From Guillardia theta CCMP2712 (lineage: Eukaryota; Protista; Cryptophyta): a stretch of DNA of 64,000 nt. Position numbers and translations under genes: made by a program. Every line of letters begins with the position of its first letter. The stretch's first letter is position 1. The notes under the pieces are model-generated. The model was not told the origin of the DNA, searched no databases, and saw nothing but the letters and a program-made list of their open reading frames with translations. The stretch is taken from the NCBI RefSeq assembly GCF_000315625.1, contig NW_005434660.1, positions 234,711-298,710 on the forward strand. The letters run 5' to 3'. Positions 1 to 10,416 of the stretch are shown piece after piece.

Positions 1-393
1 TACAAAGATGTTAACTATGCCATATGTTGTTATTCTTTCAATACAGGGACCCTTCAATCTTTCATGATGGTCGTCTGTCTCTCTCTTATTCCAGCTGCGG
101 ATTCCTCGAGTCTCTCTCCCCGACTCAGCTTCGCAGTTTTGTTTGCTTTGACGACAGTCGTCAAAGACCTGGTCGTCAAAGACCTGGTTCAAAGTCGTCA
201 AAGACCTGGTTTCACTCATTGATTGAAAGTTCAATATTTTCAGGTCTCACTGAAGTTCGAAGAGTCCATTCTCTGCCCGGTGCACTCATCGCAACTCGCA
301 ATCGAAAAATAAATGCATCTGACACTTTAATGAACGAATATGAACATCAAAAAAATAAATCTCTTGCCTCCAAGACCTCGTTGAGTCTGAAAT

Positions 394-1509
394 CTAAACT
401 CTACAAGCATCCATCCCAGTCCGTCCTACACAGTCCCATAGAAAGTTCAGGTCGGTCTCCGATATCATGCTCCCTGATGACTCCCCTTGGCATCCCCTAT
501 TGTACATGCCTCCTATCCCCTCCTCCATCGCCCCCGCCTCCCCAAGCCCCGCCGACATGTACAGCGCAGGTGCGCTCGGCTGGCTCGCTCCAAGCAGCCC
601 CGGCGCCTCCGGAGCTGCCACCCTCGGCAGTGCCGCCGCGTCGAAGAACTCGTGCGAGTCCGTGAACACAATCGACGACGCTGAGATCTGATGGTGCGCG
701 AGCTTCCTCGGGCGGTTCTTGCGATGGCCCTTGTGCGTGTAGGGCCACTTCTCGATCCCCAGCCGCCGGCACACGTGCTTCATCGTCGACTTGCCGATCC
801 CGATCTTGGACGCCGCGGTCTCGAGGCTCTCATGGAAGTGCTCGGCAAGGAGCTCGAACGTGATCACCACAGGGCTCCGCGACATGGACTTGCCCTTCCT
901 GGCATGGACCTGTACGCTCCTCTCCTCCAGGTCGCTCCCCTCGAAGATGCTGTCCAGGTCGAAGCTGTCCTCTCCCTCCGGCGATCCTGCTGCAGACATG
1001 TCTGCAGCATCTGAGGACGAGAGGCTGTCGGTATCGTGGTCGTGGTCGTGGTCGTGGTCGAGCACCTCGGGGTTGCTTGGCTGGAGAAAGTGAGGCTGGG
1101 GGGGCTGATCATCGAGGCTGTAGTCGGGGAAGGCGGGATAGGCCTGGAAGGATGCGGAGGATGCGGTGCAGTGTTGATAGGCTGGTACTATGTCGACGGT
1201 GGTGCAGGGGAGCTCAGGGGTCTGTTGCATGGATGGACCCATGAGCATCCAGGCATCTGGATCATTGGCAGGCTGATCGACGGGATTCGCAAAGGCCTCC
1301 TGAGTTGGGTCGAATGCGCTGATTTGGATGCCGGTAGGAAAGGAAGATTCCCAAGGATCACAGCAGTAGTTAGAAGAACAGCAGGAGGGCTGAGCAGGAG
1401 TCTGTTCGTAGAAGGAATAGCATGTGTTGTACTGTTGGAGCTCCATGGAGAAGTCTGGAGCAATATACATTGATGGCTGGATGGCAGTCTCGTACTCAGT
1501 GATCTGCAT
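394..1509 (-). CDS. RWP-RK domain transcription factor, copy 1 (intronless)
   Basis: 371-aa ORF containing ITFELLAEHFHESLETAASKIGIGKSTMKHVCRRLGIEKWPY, matching the RWP-RK pattern (F..P...AA..LGV..T.LK..CR..GI.RWP); acidic/Pro/Gln-rich N-terminus. Confidence 0.9.
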   Translation of the reverse strand: MQITEYETAIQPSMYIAPDFSMELQQYNTCYSFYEQTPAQPSCCSSNYCCDPWESSFPTGIQISAFDPTQEAFANPVDQPANDPDAWMLMGPSMQQTPELPCTTVDIVPAYQHCTASSASFQAYPAFPDYSLDDQPPQPHFLQPSNPEVLDHDHDHDHDTDSLSSSDAADMSAAGSPEGEDSFDLDSIFEGSDLEERSVQVHARKGKSMSRSPVVITFELLAEHFHESLETAASKIGIGKSTMKHVCRRLGIEKWPYTHKGHRKNRPRKLAHHQISASSIVFTDSHEFFDAAALPRVAAPEAPGLLGASQPSAPALYMSAGLGEAGAMEEGIGGMYNRGCQGESSGSMISETDLNFLWDCVGRTGMDACRV

Positions 1510-1653
1510 TTGGAGTGCTCGGAAAGCAGAAGTGTAGATAGATAGCTCTGGGAGTAGACAATCAGAGGGTCGACCAGCAGCGAAAATTAGCGTGGAGCGG
1601 CGTGTTGCCTGCAGAAAGTGGGGATCAGGAAGGGAAGGAGTCTGTTTTAAACA

Positions 1654-1966
1654 GGGGGAGTGGGTCTCGTGATCCCCCCTCCATATTCCCCAAGTTTTCC
1701 TGTAAGGCCAACAGTACCGGGTGATTCGATATGAAACTGACCCACCCTTTGACTAGAGGAACGGCCGCGGTCATATAACGTTGCATTTTATCAGTTGTCC
1801 ATCACGTTACCGTGCAAGAAACAAGGTTGATGGAATCGCACCGTTATTTGTAGTAAACTTGGGGAACCTTTACCCCTGGGGAAACTGGATTTCTCTAGAA
1901 AGAAAAGTCACGAGGAGCCACGTTCTCCAGATGCAACAAAATTGAGCCTTTCAGAAGAGTTGGGGA
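1654..1966 (-). promoter_or_regulatory. Putative promoter of RWP-RK copy 1 with three RA(G/C)TTGGGGA motifs
   Basis: Motifs at 1687-1696 (reverse), 1856-1865 and 1957-1966; the block GGGGAG-TGGGTCTCGTGA-CCCC..TATTCCCCAAGTTT is shared with the copy 2 upstream region. Confidence 0.5.
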
Positions 1967-2375
1967 GAAGAATGTGACTGGGAGGTCAGCAACGCATTCC
2001 CCTAGGTTGAGAATTGAAATAGCCTCTTTTCACAAAACATCTAGTTTCCTTAAGTTCAGCGACATGTCGTACGCAATCAACTCTCAAATTTATATACAAT
2101 ACCAAAACTCTTGCATCACATCTGATACTCAAAAATCGCAGAAACGCATACATCGACAGTGAGAACAGTGCATACTCATTCCCAGTTTTTTCTTCCTAAC
2201 AATTGTGCTATCCAAGCGAGTGGATGGTTCTAGACACATTATGAATGAGAGAGTTTAGCCTCTCGTGTGAACTGCAACTGTCTTGGTACTCCTCCCCTAT
2301 CTTGATTAATCAAAACAATAGGTTAATTGCAACAGAATTTGATGTCCGATTTTCAGACGTTAAACACAAACCTTC

Positions 2376-3221
2376 CTACACAGTTCCATCCCAATCAAAG
2401 AAAATTCTCCCTGAGGACTCCCCTTGGCATCCTCTCTCGTGCATGCCTCCTATCCCCTCCTCCATCGCCCCCTGTTCCCCGGCTGCAGCCGCCATCCCCA
2501 TCACCCCTGCTGGAGCCAGCGCTGCCTCCCCAAGCCCCGCCGACATGTACAGCGCGGGTGCGCTCTCAGGCTGGCTCGCTCCAAGCAGCCCCGGCGCCTC
2601 CGGTGCTGCCACCCTCGGCAGTGCCGCCGCGCCGAAGAACTCGTGCGAGTCCGTGAACACAATCGACGACGCTGAGATCTGATGGTGCGCGAGCTTCCTC
2701 GGGCGGTTCTTGCGATGGCCCTTGTGCGTGTAGGGCCACTTCTCGATCCCCAGCCGCCGGCACACGTGCTTCATCGTCGACTTGCCGATCCCGATCTTGG
2801 ACGCCGCGGTCTCGAGGCTCTCATGGAAGTGCTCGGCAAGGAGCTCGAACGTGATCACCACAGGGCTCCGCGACATGGACTTGCCCTTCCTGGCATGGAC
2901 CTGTACGCTCCTCTCCTCCAGGTCGCTCCCCTCGAAGATGCTGTCCAGGTCGAAGCTGTCCTCTCCCTCCGGCGATCCTGCTGCAGACATGTCTGCAGCA
3001 TCTGAGGACGAGAGGCTGTCGGTATCGTGGTCGTGGTCGTGGTCGTGGTCGAGCACCTCGGGGTTGCTTGGCTGGAGAAAGTGAGGCGGGGGGGGCTGAT
3101 CATCGAGGCTGTAGTCGGGGAAGGCGGGATAGGCCTGGAAGGATGCGGAGGATGCGGTGCAGTGTTGATAGGCTGGTACTATGTCGACGGTGGTGCAGGG
3201 GAGCTCAGGGGTCTGTTGCAT
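2376..3221 (-). CDS. RWP-RK domain transcription factor, copy 2 (shorter N-terminus; start uncertain)
   Basis: 281-aa ORF with the identical RWP-RK domain; an in-frame stop lies ~100 nt upstream of the Met at 3221. Confidence 0.82.
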   Translation of the reverse strand: MQQTPELPCTTVDIVPAYQHCTASSASFQAYPAFPDYSLDDQPPPPHFLQPSNPEVLDHDHDHDHDTDSLSSSDAADMSAAGSPEGEDSFDLDSIFEGSDLEERSVQVHARKGKSMSRSPVVITFELLAEHFHESLETAASKIGIGKSTMKHVCRRLGIEKWPYTHKGHRKNRPRKLAHHQISASSIVFTDSHEFFGAAALPRVAAPEAPGLLGASQPESAPALYMSAGLGEAALAPAGVMGMAAAAGEQGAMEEGIGGMHERGCQGESSGRIFFDWDGTV

Positions 3222-3355
3222 GGATGGACGCTGGAGTATCAGGGCATCTTCTTGTTGATTGTTTCGGTTTTCTGTCGTATCGTTCAGAACTTGAAAATCA
3301 TTTTTACATCCAGGTTGAGGTCAAACATGAGGAGATGTGTATATGGCACGGGATC

Positions 3356-3433
3356 AAGTTGGGGAGTTCTCTGTAGCCTAATTTAGAAGTTGGGGAGATG
3401 GGTCTCGTGACCCCTTCTCTATTCCCCAAGTTT
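3356..3433 (-). promoter_or_regulatory. Putative promoter of RWP-RK copy 2 with three AA(G/C)TTGGGGA motifs
   Basis: Motifs at 3356-3365, 3387-3396 and 3423-3432 (reverse). Confidence 0.5.
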
Positions 3434-4070
3434 CAAGTTTTGCAAATGCGGCCTCGGTCTTGGAACGTTGCGTATTTCTTCCTCTTCGTCTCAGTCACGA
3501 GGGGCTTCGAAATTCTAGCAAACGAGAGTCAGGCTTTTGAGATTTCGTGCTCAGGGGGTACATTCGAGGATATGTGGTACAAAAAACAGACCCCCACCCT
3601 CTCTTTGATTTGACAGCCATGTTCTTGTAGCCTTTCACATTTGAGGAACGTTAAATGAGGAAACCCGACACCAAAACTTCTGCCTTGACTGCTCGTTACA
3701 GTTTGAGGTATTCTCCTTGGTGCCTCGATCGTTTTCCCCGAGGTGGGCTTACAAAATCAGGGCGGGTCTGCCCCGGACTCCAATCAGGAATGAGATTCCT
3801 TTCAAGTCCTTCACCTACGAACAGCCTACTGAGCTCTATTTGCACAAGCTAAACGGTATTGCAATGTCGTGGAAATAGCGAGACCGATTTGAACAGTTCT
3901 ATGTGGCTTTCAATTATACAACAATGAGCCAAAACAAAACAAAAAGAGGATTTCAAAAAATCTAACGCAGGAAAGAGACAGCTTGCTTGAAACATTGAAT
4001 AGTGATGCGCGTTGTAGTAAACCATTTACATGAAAATGAAAAAGAAACAAATTGCTGAAAGAATAATCAT

Positions 4071-5123
4071 CTACGTCCGTCCTACACAGTCCCAAAGAAA
4101 GTTCAGGTCGGTCTCCGATATCATGCTCCCTGATGACTCCCCTTGGCATCCTCTCTCGTGCATGCCTCCTATCCCTCCCTCCATCGCCCCCTGCCCCCCG
4201 GCTGCAGCCGCCATCCCCATCCCCCCTGCATGGGCCAGCGCTGCCTCTCCAAGCCCCGCCGACATGTACAGCGCAGGTGCGCTCGGCTGGCTCGCTCCAA
4301 GCAGCCCCGGTGCCACCCTCGGCAGTGCCGCCGCGCCGAAGAACTCGTGCGAGTCCGTGAACACAATCGACGACGCTGAGATCTGATGGTGCGCGAGCTT
4401 CCTCGGGCGGTTCTTGCGATGGCCCTTGTGCGTGTAGGGCCACTTCTCGATCCCCAGCCGCCGGCACACGTGCTTCATCGTCGACTTGCCGATCCCGATC
4501 TTGGACGCCGCGGTCTCGAGGCTCTCATGGAAGTGCTCGGCAAGGAGCTCGAACGTGATCACCACAGGGCTCCGCGACATGGACTTGCCCTTCCTGGCAT
4601 GGACCTGTACGCTCCTCTCCTCCAGGTCGCTCCCCTCGAAGATGCTGTCCAGGTCGAAGCTGTCCTCTCCCTCTGGCGATCCTGCTGCAGACATGTCTGC
4701 AGCATCTGAGGACGAGAGGCTGTCGGTATCGTGGTCGTGGTCGTGGTCGTGGTCGAGCACCTCGGGGTTGCTTGGCTGGAGAAAGTGAGGCTGGGGGGGC
4801 TGATCATCGAGGCTGTAGTCGGGGAAGGCGGGATAGGCTTGGATGCAGTAATCAGGATTGGCTGGCTGTAATATGTTTACTGTGTTCCAGGTCATCGCTG
4901 TCCCGTTATCCTCTTGAGCTGGGTCGAATGCGCTAATTTGGATGCCGGTAGGAAAGGAAGAATCCCAGGACTCGTAGCAGCAGTTTGTGGAACAGGGAGC
5001 TTGCTGAGAAGGAGGTTGGTGAAGATGTGAGTTGGAGAGGTGTTCGTTGTGATCTGCATGGAAAAGATCTGTTGAAACATACATTGATGGCTGGATGCCT
5101 ATTTCGAAGTCTGGTATTTGCAT
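4071..5123 (-). CDS. RWP-RK domain transcription factor, copy 3 (intronless)
   Basis: 350-aa ORF with the identical RWP-RK domain; N-terminus homologous to copy 1 (MQI..E..IQPSMY, SSFPTGIQISAFDP). Confidence 0.9.
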   Translation of the reverse strand: MQIPDFEIGIQPSMYVSTDLFHADHNEHLSNSHLHQPPSQQAPCSTNCCYESWDSSFPTGIQISAFDPAQEDNGTAMTWNTVNILQPANPDYCIQAYPAFPDYSLDDQPPQPHFLQPSNPEVLDHDHDHDHDTDSLSSSDAADMSAAGSPEGEDSFDLDSIFEGSDLEERSVQVHARKGKSMSRSPVVITFELLAEHFHESLETAASKIGIGKSTMKHVCRRLGIEKWPYTHKGHRKNRPRKLAHHQISASSIVFTDSHEFFGAAALPRVAPGLLGASQPSAPALYMSAGLGEAALAHAGGMGMAAAAGGQGAMEGGIGGMHERGCQGESSGSMISETDLNFLWDCVGRT

Positions 5124-5248
5124 GACTGGGAAGCAAAGAAAGCACAGAGTGAGAAGCTTCTGTTAATGCAGCAGGCAATGTCTCAACAGGATTGAAGCGT
5201 TGGCGTGGGGAGAGCGAGGGATTGGTTTCCCCGGTCGATAAAGGCAGC

Positions 5249-5716
5249 TTTTTATACGGAGTTATAGTTATGCCTTGGTGGCATCCGTGCAATTTTCTCC
5301 TCTTCCCCATGTTTACTACACCCATTCCCTCTTTTGGACCTCATGGGATTGCCACGGTGCCTGCACGTTACCCGTAAGGAAAGATGATTCTAGATTCCTC
5401 CGGTCACATGTTCGAATCTCTCCCCAATATTCCTCAGGTTTCTTTCTGAAAAGGAGTATTTTCGTATCAATTCATTCTGCCCTTTTGTCCCCTGCTCTCG
5501 AGACCAGACTCCGGGAGGCCCGGAAGATATCCGGAAGTTGGGGAATAGCTCTCTGACAGAGCCCTCAAGGTCGGAATGTGACTGTCATCATCTATCAAAA
5601 GCGCTCAAGTTGGGGAGCCCTAGCTTTCCGAAGTGGTGGAGCCTTTGAAGGCCCCGGGGAGCCAGCACGCCGGTGGGGGACTGAACTTCAGAAATTAGTC
5701 ACTAGTAAGTTGGGGA
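5249..5716 (-). promoter_or_regulatory. Putative promoter of RWP-RK copy 3: TATA-like box plus three AAGTTGGGGA motifs
   Basis: TATAAAAA on the minus strand at 5249-5256; AAGTTGGGGA at 5535, 5607 and 5707. Confidence 0.5.
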
Positions 5717-5779
5717 CTAACTTACCGCGGTAGCGGTCATCCGATGATCAGTCACGACTGGCTTCCACTGGCAGTGGTG

Positions 5780-6430
5780 ACACGCCGGCCCGCGGGGCGG
5801 CGGCCCCGGCGGCGCGGGCTCCGATCGGACTCGGCGGGGGCCGCGGCACAGCCCCGCGCCGCCGCCGCCGGCCTTGAAGGTTTCCTGCCGGGCACTGTTT
5901 TGAAGTTTGGGCCGGGACAGCAGTCGGCAGGGCAGTCAGTACTGAGGTTTGGTTGAGTCTCGCCGCCCGCGGCCGCGGTGTCTTCAGTTCTCTTCTCGCC
6001 GTTTGGCCAGTGCGACTCAGCCAGTGTCAGGGTCGCCGGGCCCCCCGCCCGCCTCCCGGAGGCTCGACTCTCAGTGATTGTCCTCGTACTGATTTTCAAG
6101 TTTTTGACTTAACTTTGAGTACGGTAAAGGCCGTTCAGAGTCAGTGAAGTACTCGGAGCCGTCAGACTTGTAAACTGCCCGTAGGCTAAAGGTCCCGGGC
6201 CACTGCCGGTCCGCCGGGGCCGGCCCGGGATGCCTCGGACTATCGGATCAACTCATGCCACTGGCTCCGGGGCTCAGTGACTGCGGTGGCAATCGCCGCC
6301 GGCCGGGCGGCCCGGCCCGGGCCGGGCCTCCTCGACTCTCGGAGTCACGCCCCGGGACTGGCAGTCCGCGGGGCCGCCGGGGCCGGGCGCCCGGGCCGCT
6401 GGCTGCGGCCTCCGAGGCTCCGTCGTCAGT
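5780..6430. other. GC/CCGG-rich island in a divergent intergenic region
   Basis: Dense CCGG/CCCGGG/GGCC runs interspersed with CTCAGTGA and AGTCACG motifs. Confidence 0.6.
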
Positions 6431-6449
6431 CACGGAAATTGATTTCGTT

Positions 6450-8840
6450 ATGTTGTGTAACGGAAGGTCGTTTGGATTCAAGCTGCCAGAGCAGGCGTGT
6501 AGCTTGAGGGTACAGGCGCATGTTCTTGAACTAACCCGCACAGTCTGCTCATCTTCTCTTGTCCAGATACCGATGGCTTCACGTGAGTCAGTCAGTATGC
6601 TCATCTGCAGCGAGTCAAGCATCAGTCAGCCAATCGCCGGGTATACGCCATGCAGGAGTCGAGTCTATGCGGAAGAAGGAGCATGGAAGCCTGTCAAAGA
6701 TGGTGATATTCAAGGTGCTATCAGATGGATATCTGCGAACAGACATCTTCGGCCGTTCTGTGGATGCGGAAACATTATTCCTTGTCCGACCAATGAACAG
6801 GATGCAAAGATAGTGAGTGAAGTCTGGAAACGTGTATGCAGAAATGCTATCAACAAGTTCTGTTCACATCATTCTGCGGACCTCAAGGCGTCGTGGTAAG
6901 AGACTGATGAATTGAATGATGTTTCCTTTAATTGATCCATGTGCATGGTACAGCGTGGAGCTTCTGGCCAAAGTTTTGCATGCTGCTGAATACGAAAGTT
7001 GCACAACATGCGTTTTTAGTGATATTCAAATCGACATTTCAGACTGTGTGCAAGAGATAGAAGCTGTTCCAAAGCTGACCGAGTTCTTATTCAACAATGA
7101 TGATGACCAACTATCGTATTCTCTTTGCCTTTTGCTTCGAGTTGCTCCTCCCAACGTGGTCAGGAAATTTTTTTCACAGGATGTAGTCATGAAGGCCATG
7201 AGGTCTTGTCATGGAGTATTGACATGCGATGACTCCATATCCCCAGGCATGCTTCACGGCTTATCTCGCATGTCGATTTACCTTCGATGGAAGCACGAGG
7301 TATCGACGTACGATCGGCATTTTCATTTCTCTTGACGGTTGTTTGTTCTCTCAATACAGGTTTGACTCCGGTCAGCAAGAGAGTTGTCTTCATTGCTATG
7401 ATTGACTTGGTCGCAAAAGGCCTGCATGTTGATCAGAACCCTCGTAAAGGATCCGGACTGCAGAAACTTTCTGGATTCTCAGCCGGTAATACTCAACAAG
7501 CTGTCCTCGACCTGTCAATGAACGAACTTGTTTTTCTCACCATCAGGAAATTGAGAACATGGTGTGCACACTCCTTCAAACGTTTGCAGCCCTGGCCACC
7601 AGGCTGGAGGACAAGGATACAGCAAAACCATCGATGGGCGAAGTCAACGCGGAGCGCAAGGAGCTAGTGGCCACCATAGTCGACCTCCTAGAGAGCTTGA
7701 GCGACTTACTGGTCTACCGTGTCATCTGGCCGAACTTTGAACTTGGGAATTGGAACAAGACCATACGAGGAGTGATCTCATGTTTGAGGTAGCTCATCTT
7801 TGATTCATGTCTTTGCTGAACAAGCGAGTTTTCAACTGATGTTGTTGACGATGACGACAATATGATAACTTCATTCCAGTTGTGAAGATGTGTTACTGCG
7901 AAAGGCAGCTTCCAACTTTCTCTGCTCCTTCTCTTCCGCAATCGATGGGAGTCAGCTTTCTTCTGCCTCCTTGGCTCCAGGGTCAGACACTCTGCCATGA
8001 ACTAAACCTTGACGCTGGGCCTGCAGGTGTGGTCGTGAAGTGATTTCTCAAGAGGATGTTGTGATCAGATTAACGTGTCAAATTCAGAAATTGGTGGATG
8101 AAAAGATGTTGCAAAATCATTGGGTTGACTTCTTAAATCACAGAAAGAGAAACATAGAGAAGATATGGACGAGCTTGAAAGGTCTCATTCCGCCATCCAG
8201 GCAACTTTGACCGGGCACGTCTCGTCGATGCGGTAGCGGGACAGGGCAGGTTGACTGATGGCCTGACCGTCTTCCTTTCTCAGATCGAGATACTTCGACG
8301 CAGAGCGACAGATTGCCATCCATCAACGGAAGCTGACAGATTGCCAGAGTGAGCTAGAGGCCATGAAAGAGGACCTGGAGGGCCATCAACAGAAGCTCCT
8401 GACGTGTGAGAAGCGGAGGGATGAAGTGGAGGAACAGCTAGCTAACGTACCGGCACCTTGATGAAGGCTCGGACTGACCTTCCCTCCAGGCCGATGAGGA
8501 ACTGAGAGCAGAGAAGCACCGGAGCTCACAACTAGAAGAGGATCTCGACAAGCGAAATCAGCAAGTAGAATCCATGGAGGTGATTTGTGTCCTGCTCCTT
8601 TCGCTCCCTCCTGATAGCGAGCAACTTCAGGAGGAGCTAGAGGAAAAATCGCGGAGGATCAATGAGCTGGAGCGCAAACTTGCGCTGCTGGCAAGAAGCC
8701 ACAAAGAACAGTCCCTGGTCATCGAGAAGCAGACGGAGAAACTTCGGGCAAGCAAACATGTGCAGTCAGTCATTCAACAGCTCTGCGGGTCGGTTGTGAT
8801 AGAGAGCCCGATGCATCCTCCTGCTGTGAGGCGGCGATGA
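6450..8840 (+). CDS. Multi-exon hypothetical protein, helical N-terminal part and C-terminal coiled coil (start uncertain)
   Basis: Successive ORF segments separated by ~50-nt GT-AG introns; C-terminal EELEEKSRRINELERKLALLARSHKEQ heptads; no family recognised. Confidence 0.6.
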
Positions 8841-8858
8841 GAGGACTCTTATACTTGT

Positions 8859-9679
8859 TCATTCTCTCCCCCATATGTGAACAAGAAGCAAAACAAGCGA
8901 ATGCACCACAATGAAGTATAATGACCAGCAACCTCCGGTCTTGTTCCCAGCTGAGAGAGTACCCACGCATTTCTTGACATCTTGAGTGAACTTTCCGCTG
9001 CTCAGACAAGTTGCATTTGTACTGCAGGCTACGTCAGTGCTCACATCGGTATTGCTCCTCCTTCACCTCCCGTTGCCGAACAGCGAGTATCCGTTGATGC
9101 AACTGACTTGAGCAGAGCTGCCGACGGGAATGCATGCGTCAGGTTGCACGATGGTGACGTTATCCACGATGAAGGGTCCACATCCTGATAAGAGGCTGAA
9201 CAGCAGGATGAATCACTTAAGTGGAGATCGTACCTCGTGTGCAGGCCTGCACGACTGACTTCGGCTTTGCAAATCTAGTGCAGTAAACACTGTTGATCTG
9301 TTCTAATCAGCAACAAAGGAAGATAAACAAAACTCCCCACCTGCACACCATCCGCGTCCTTGCAGATCGGCAGGTACTCCAGGGTACCGTTGCCGCAGGC
9401 AGTTGAGCATGAACTCGGGACTTGGCTGATATCCCAATAAGCTCCTGCTACCTCGCATGTCTTGGTTGACTGCACGTAGCTCGCCCTTTCAAACCAAAAA
9501 CCACATGAGCAGACAAGTTGTGCATCGTAAGGCTGATCTCCGTTACAGCAACAAAACTCAACAGCTGCATTGTCGCCGTCCTGTTTTTGGCAGCACCCTG
9601 CAGTAGAACAATGGCAATAGGGTAGAACCGAGATGGAAAGAGAGAGCAGAGAAACCAAGAATGCCGAACAAGATCTCAT
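8859..9679 (-). CDS. Small cell-surface protein: signal peptide, Cys-rich region, thrombospondin type-1 repeat, Sushi/CCP domain, C-terminal hydrophobic anchor (4 exons)
   Basis: Introns at 9298-9340, 9185-9233 and about 9022-9066 give ..YWDISQVPSSCSTACGNGTLEYLPICKDADGVQINSVYCTRFAKPKSVVQACTRG-CGPFIVDNVTIVQPDACIPVGSSAQVSCINGYSLFGNGSTNATCLSSGKFTQDVKKC..WSLYFIVVHSLVLLLVHIW. Confidence 0.75.
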
Positions 9680-9759
9680 CAGAGTCTTGAAAGCTCTCTA
9701 AACCTTGCCATGCTAGTCATCGAGCGGTCAGCATGACGAGTATGTTTGACAAGCCACGT

Positions 9760-10050
9760 CACTTTGACCCGGGCCGGCCGGGGCGGCCGGCCCGTTCACG
9801 GTTGCCTGCCGCGCTCGGAGTGACAGTGAGCCTCAGTCTCCGAGGCCCCCGCACTCAGCCGCTGAGCAGTCACGCGGCCAGGACCGCCCTGACCCCGAAA
9901 ACGGTCACCATCGTGCCCGACTCAGATCTCACTGTCAACTCACGGTGGGCCTGAGGTTCTGTCATGCCTTGAGTCCGCCCGGCCCGGCCGCCCGGCCGCC
10001 GCCGGGCCGCCGCCCACTGCGGCCCGGGCCCCGGTAAGTACGGCATGTTC
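9760..10050. other. GC/CCGG-rich island in a divergent intergenic region
   Basis: Same composition and motifs as 5780-6430 (CCCGGCCCGGCCG, ACTCAGCC, AGTCACG). Confidence 0.55.
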
Positions 10051-10416
10051 TCCGGCAAAGCGATTTAAAGATTTGTTTCATTTTCACATGTATTGCCGAG
10101 ATTTTGGAATTACTTAGGGAACATCTGAAATGTTTCGAATATCTTTTAATGATTTCAAGATTGTACAAGCCTCTAATGGATGAATTGCGGAAAGTCGGAC
10201 TGCTCGGCACAGTGATGAAATGAAGAAAGTTGGTATCAGGGTAGATGATGGAGAATGGAGGAGGAGGAGGAAGAGAGAGAAGGTGTAAGAGAAGAGGAGA
10301 GTGAAAACAGAGATGAGTGAGTTTGGAGGAAGTGGAACAAGGAGAATGGGGAGCAGCATACATTCGAGTTCGATTTACGATGTGTGATATTGATACTCCT
10401 TTAAATGCATCAGGTC

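Noticed and set aside
158-211. Three copies of GTCGTCAAAGACCTGGT, superficially CRISPR-like
   Set aside because: Short tandem duplication without unique spacers, no cas genes, eukaryotic context
24-4807. Plus-strand and alternate-frame ORFs repeated three times over the RWP-RK genes
   Set aside because: Shadow ORFs of GC-rich duplicated coding sequence; they recur only because the DNA is duplicated
5744-6622. Arg/Pro/Gly/Ala-rich ORFs in the GC islands (also 9733-10058 and 59451-59950)
   Set aside because: Stop-poor by composition, with no domain signal
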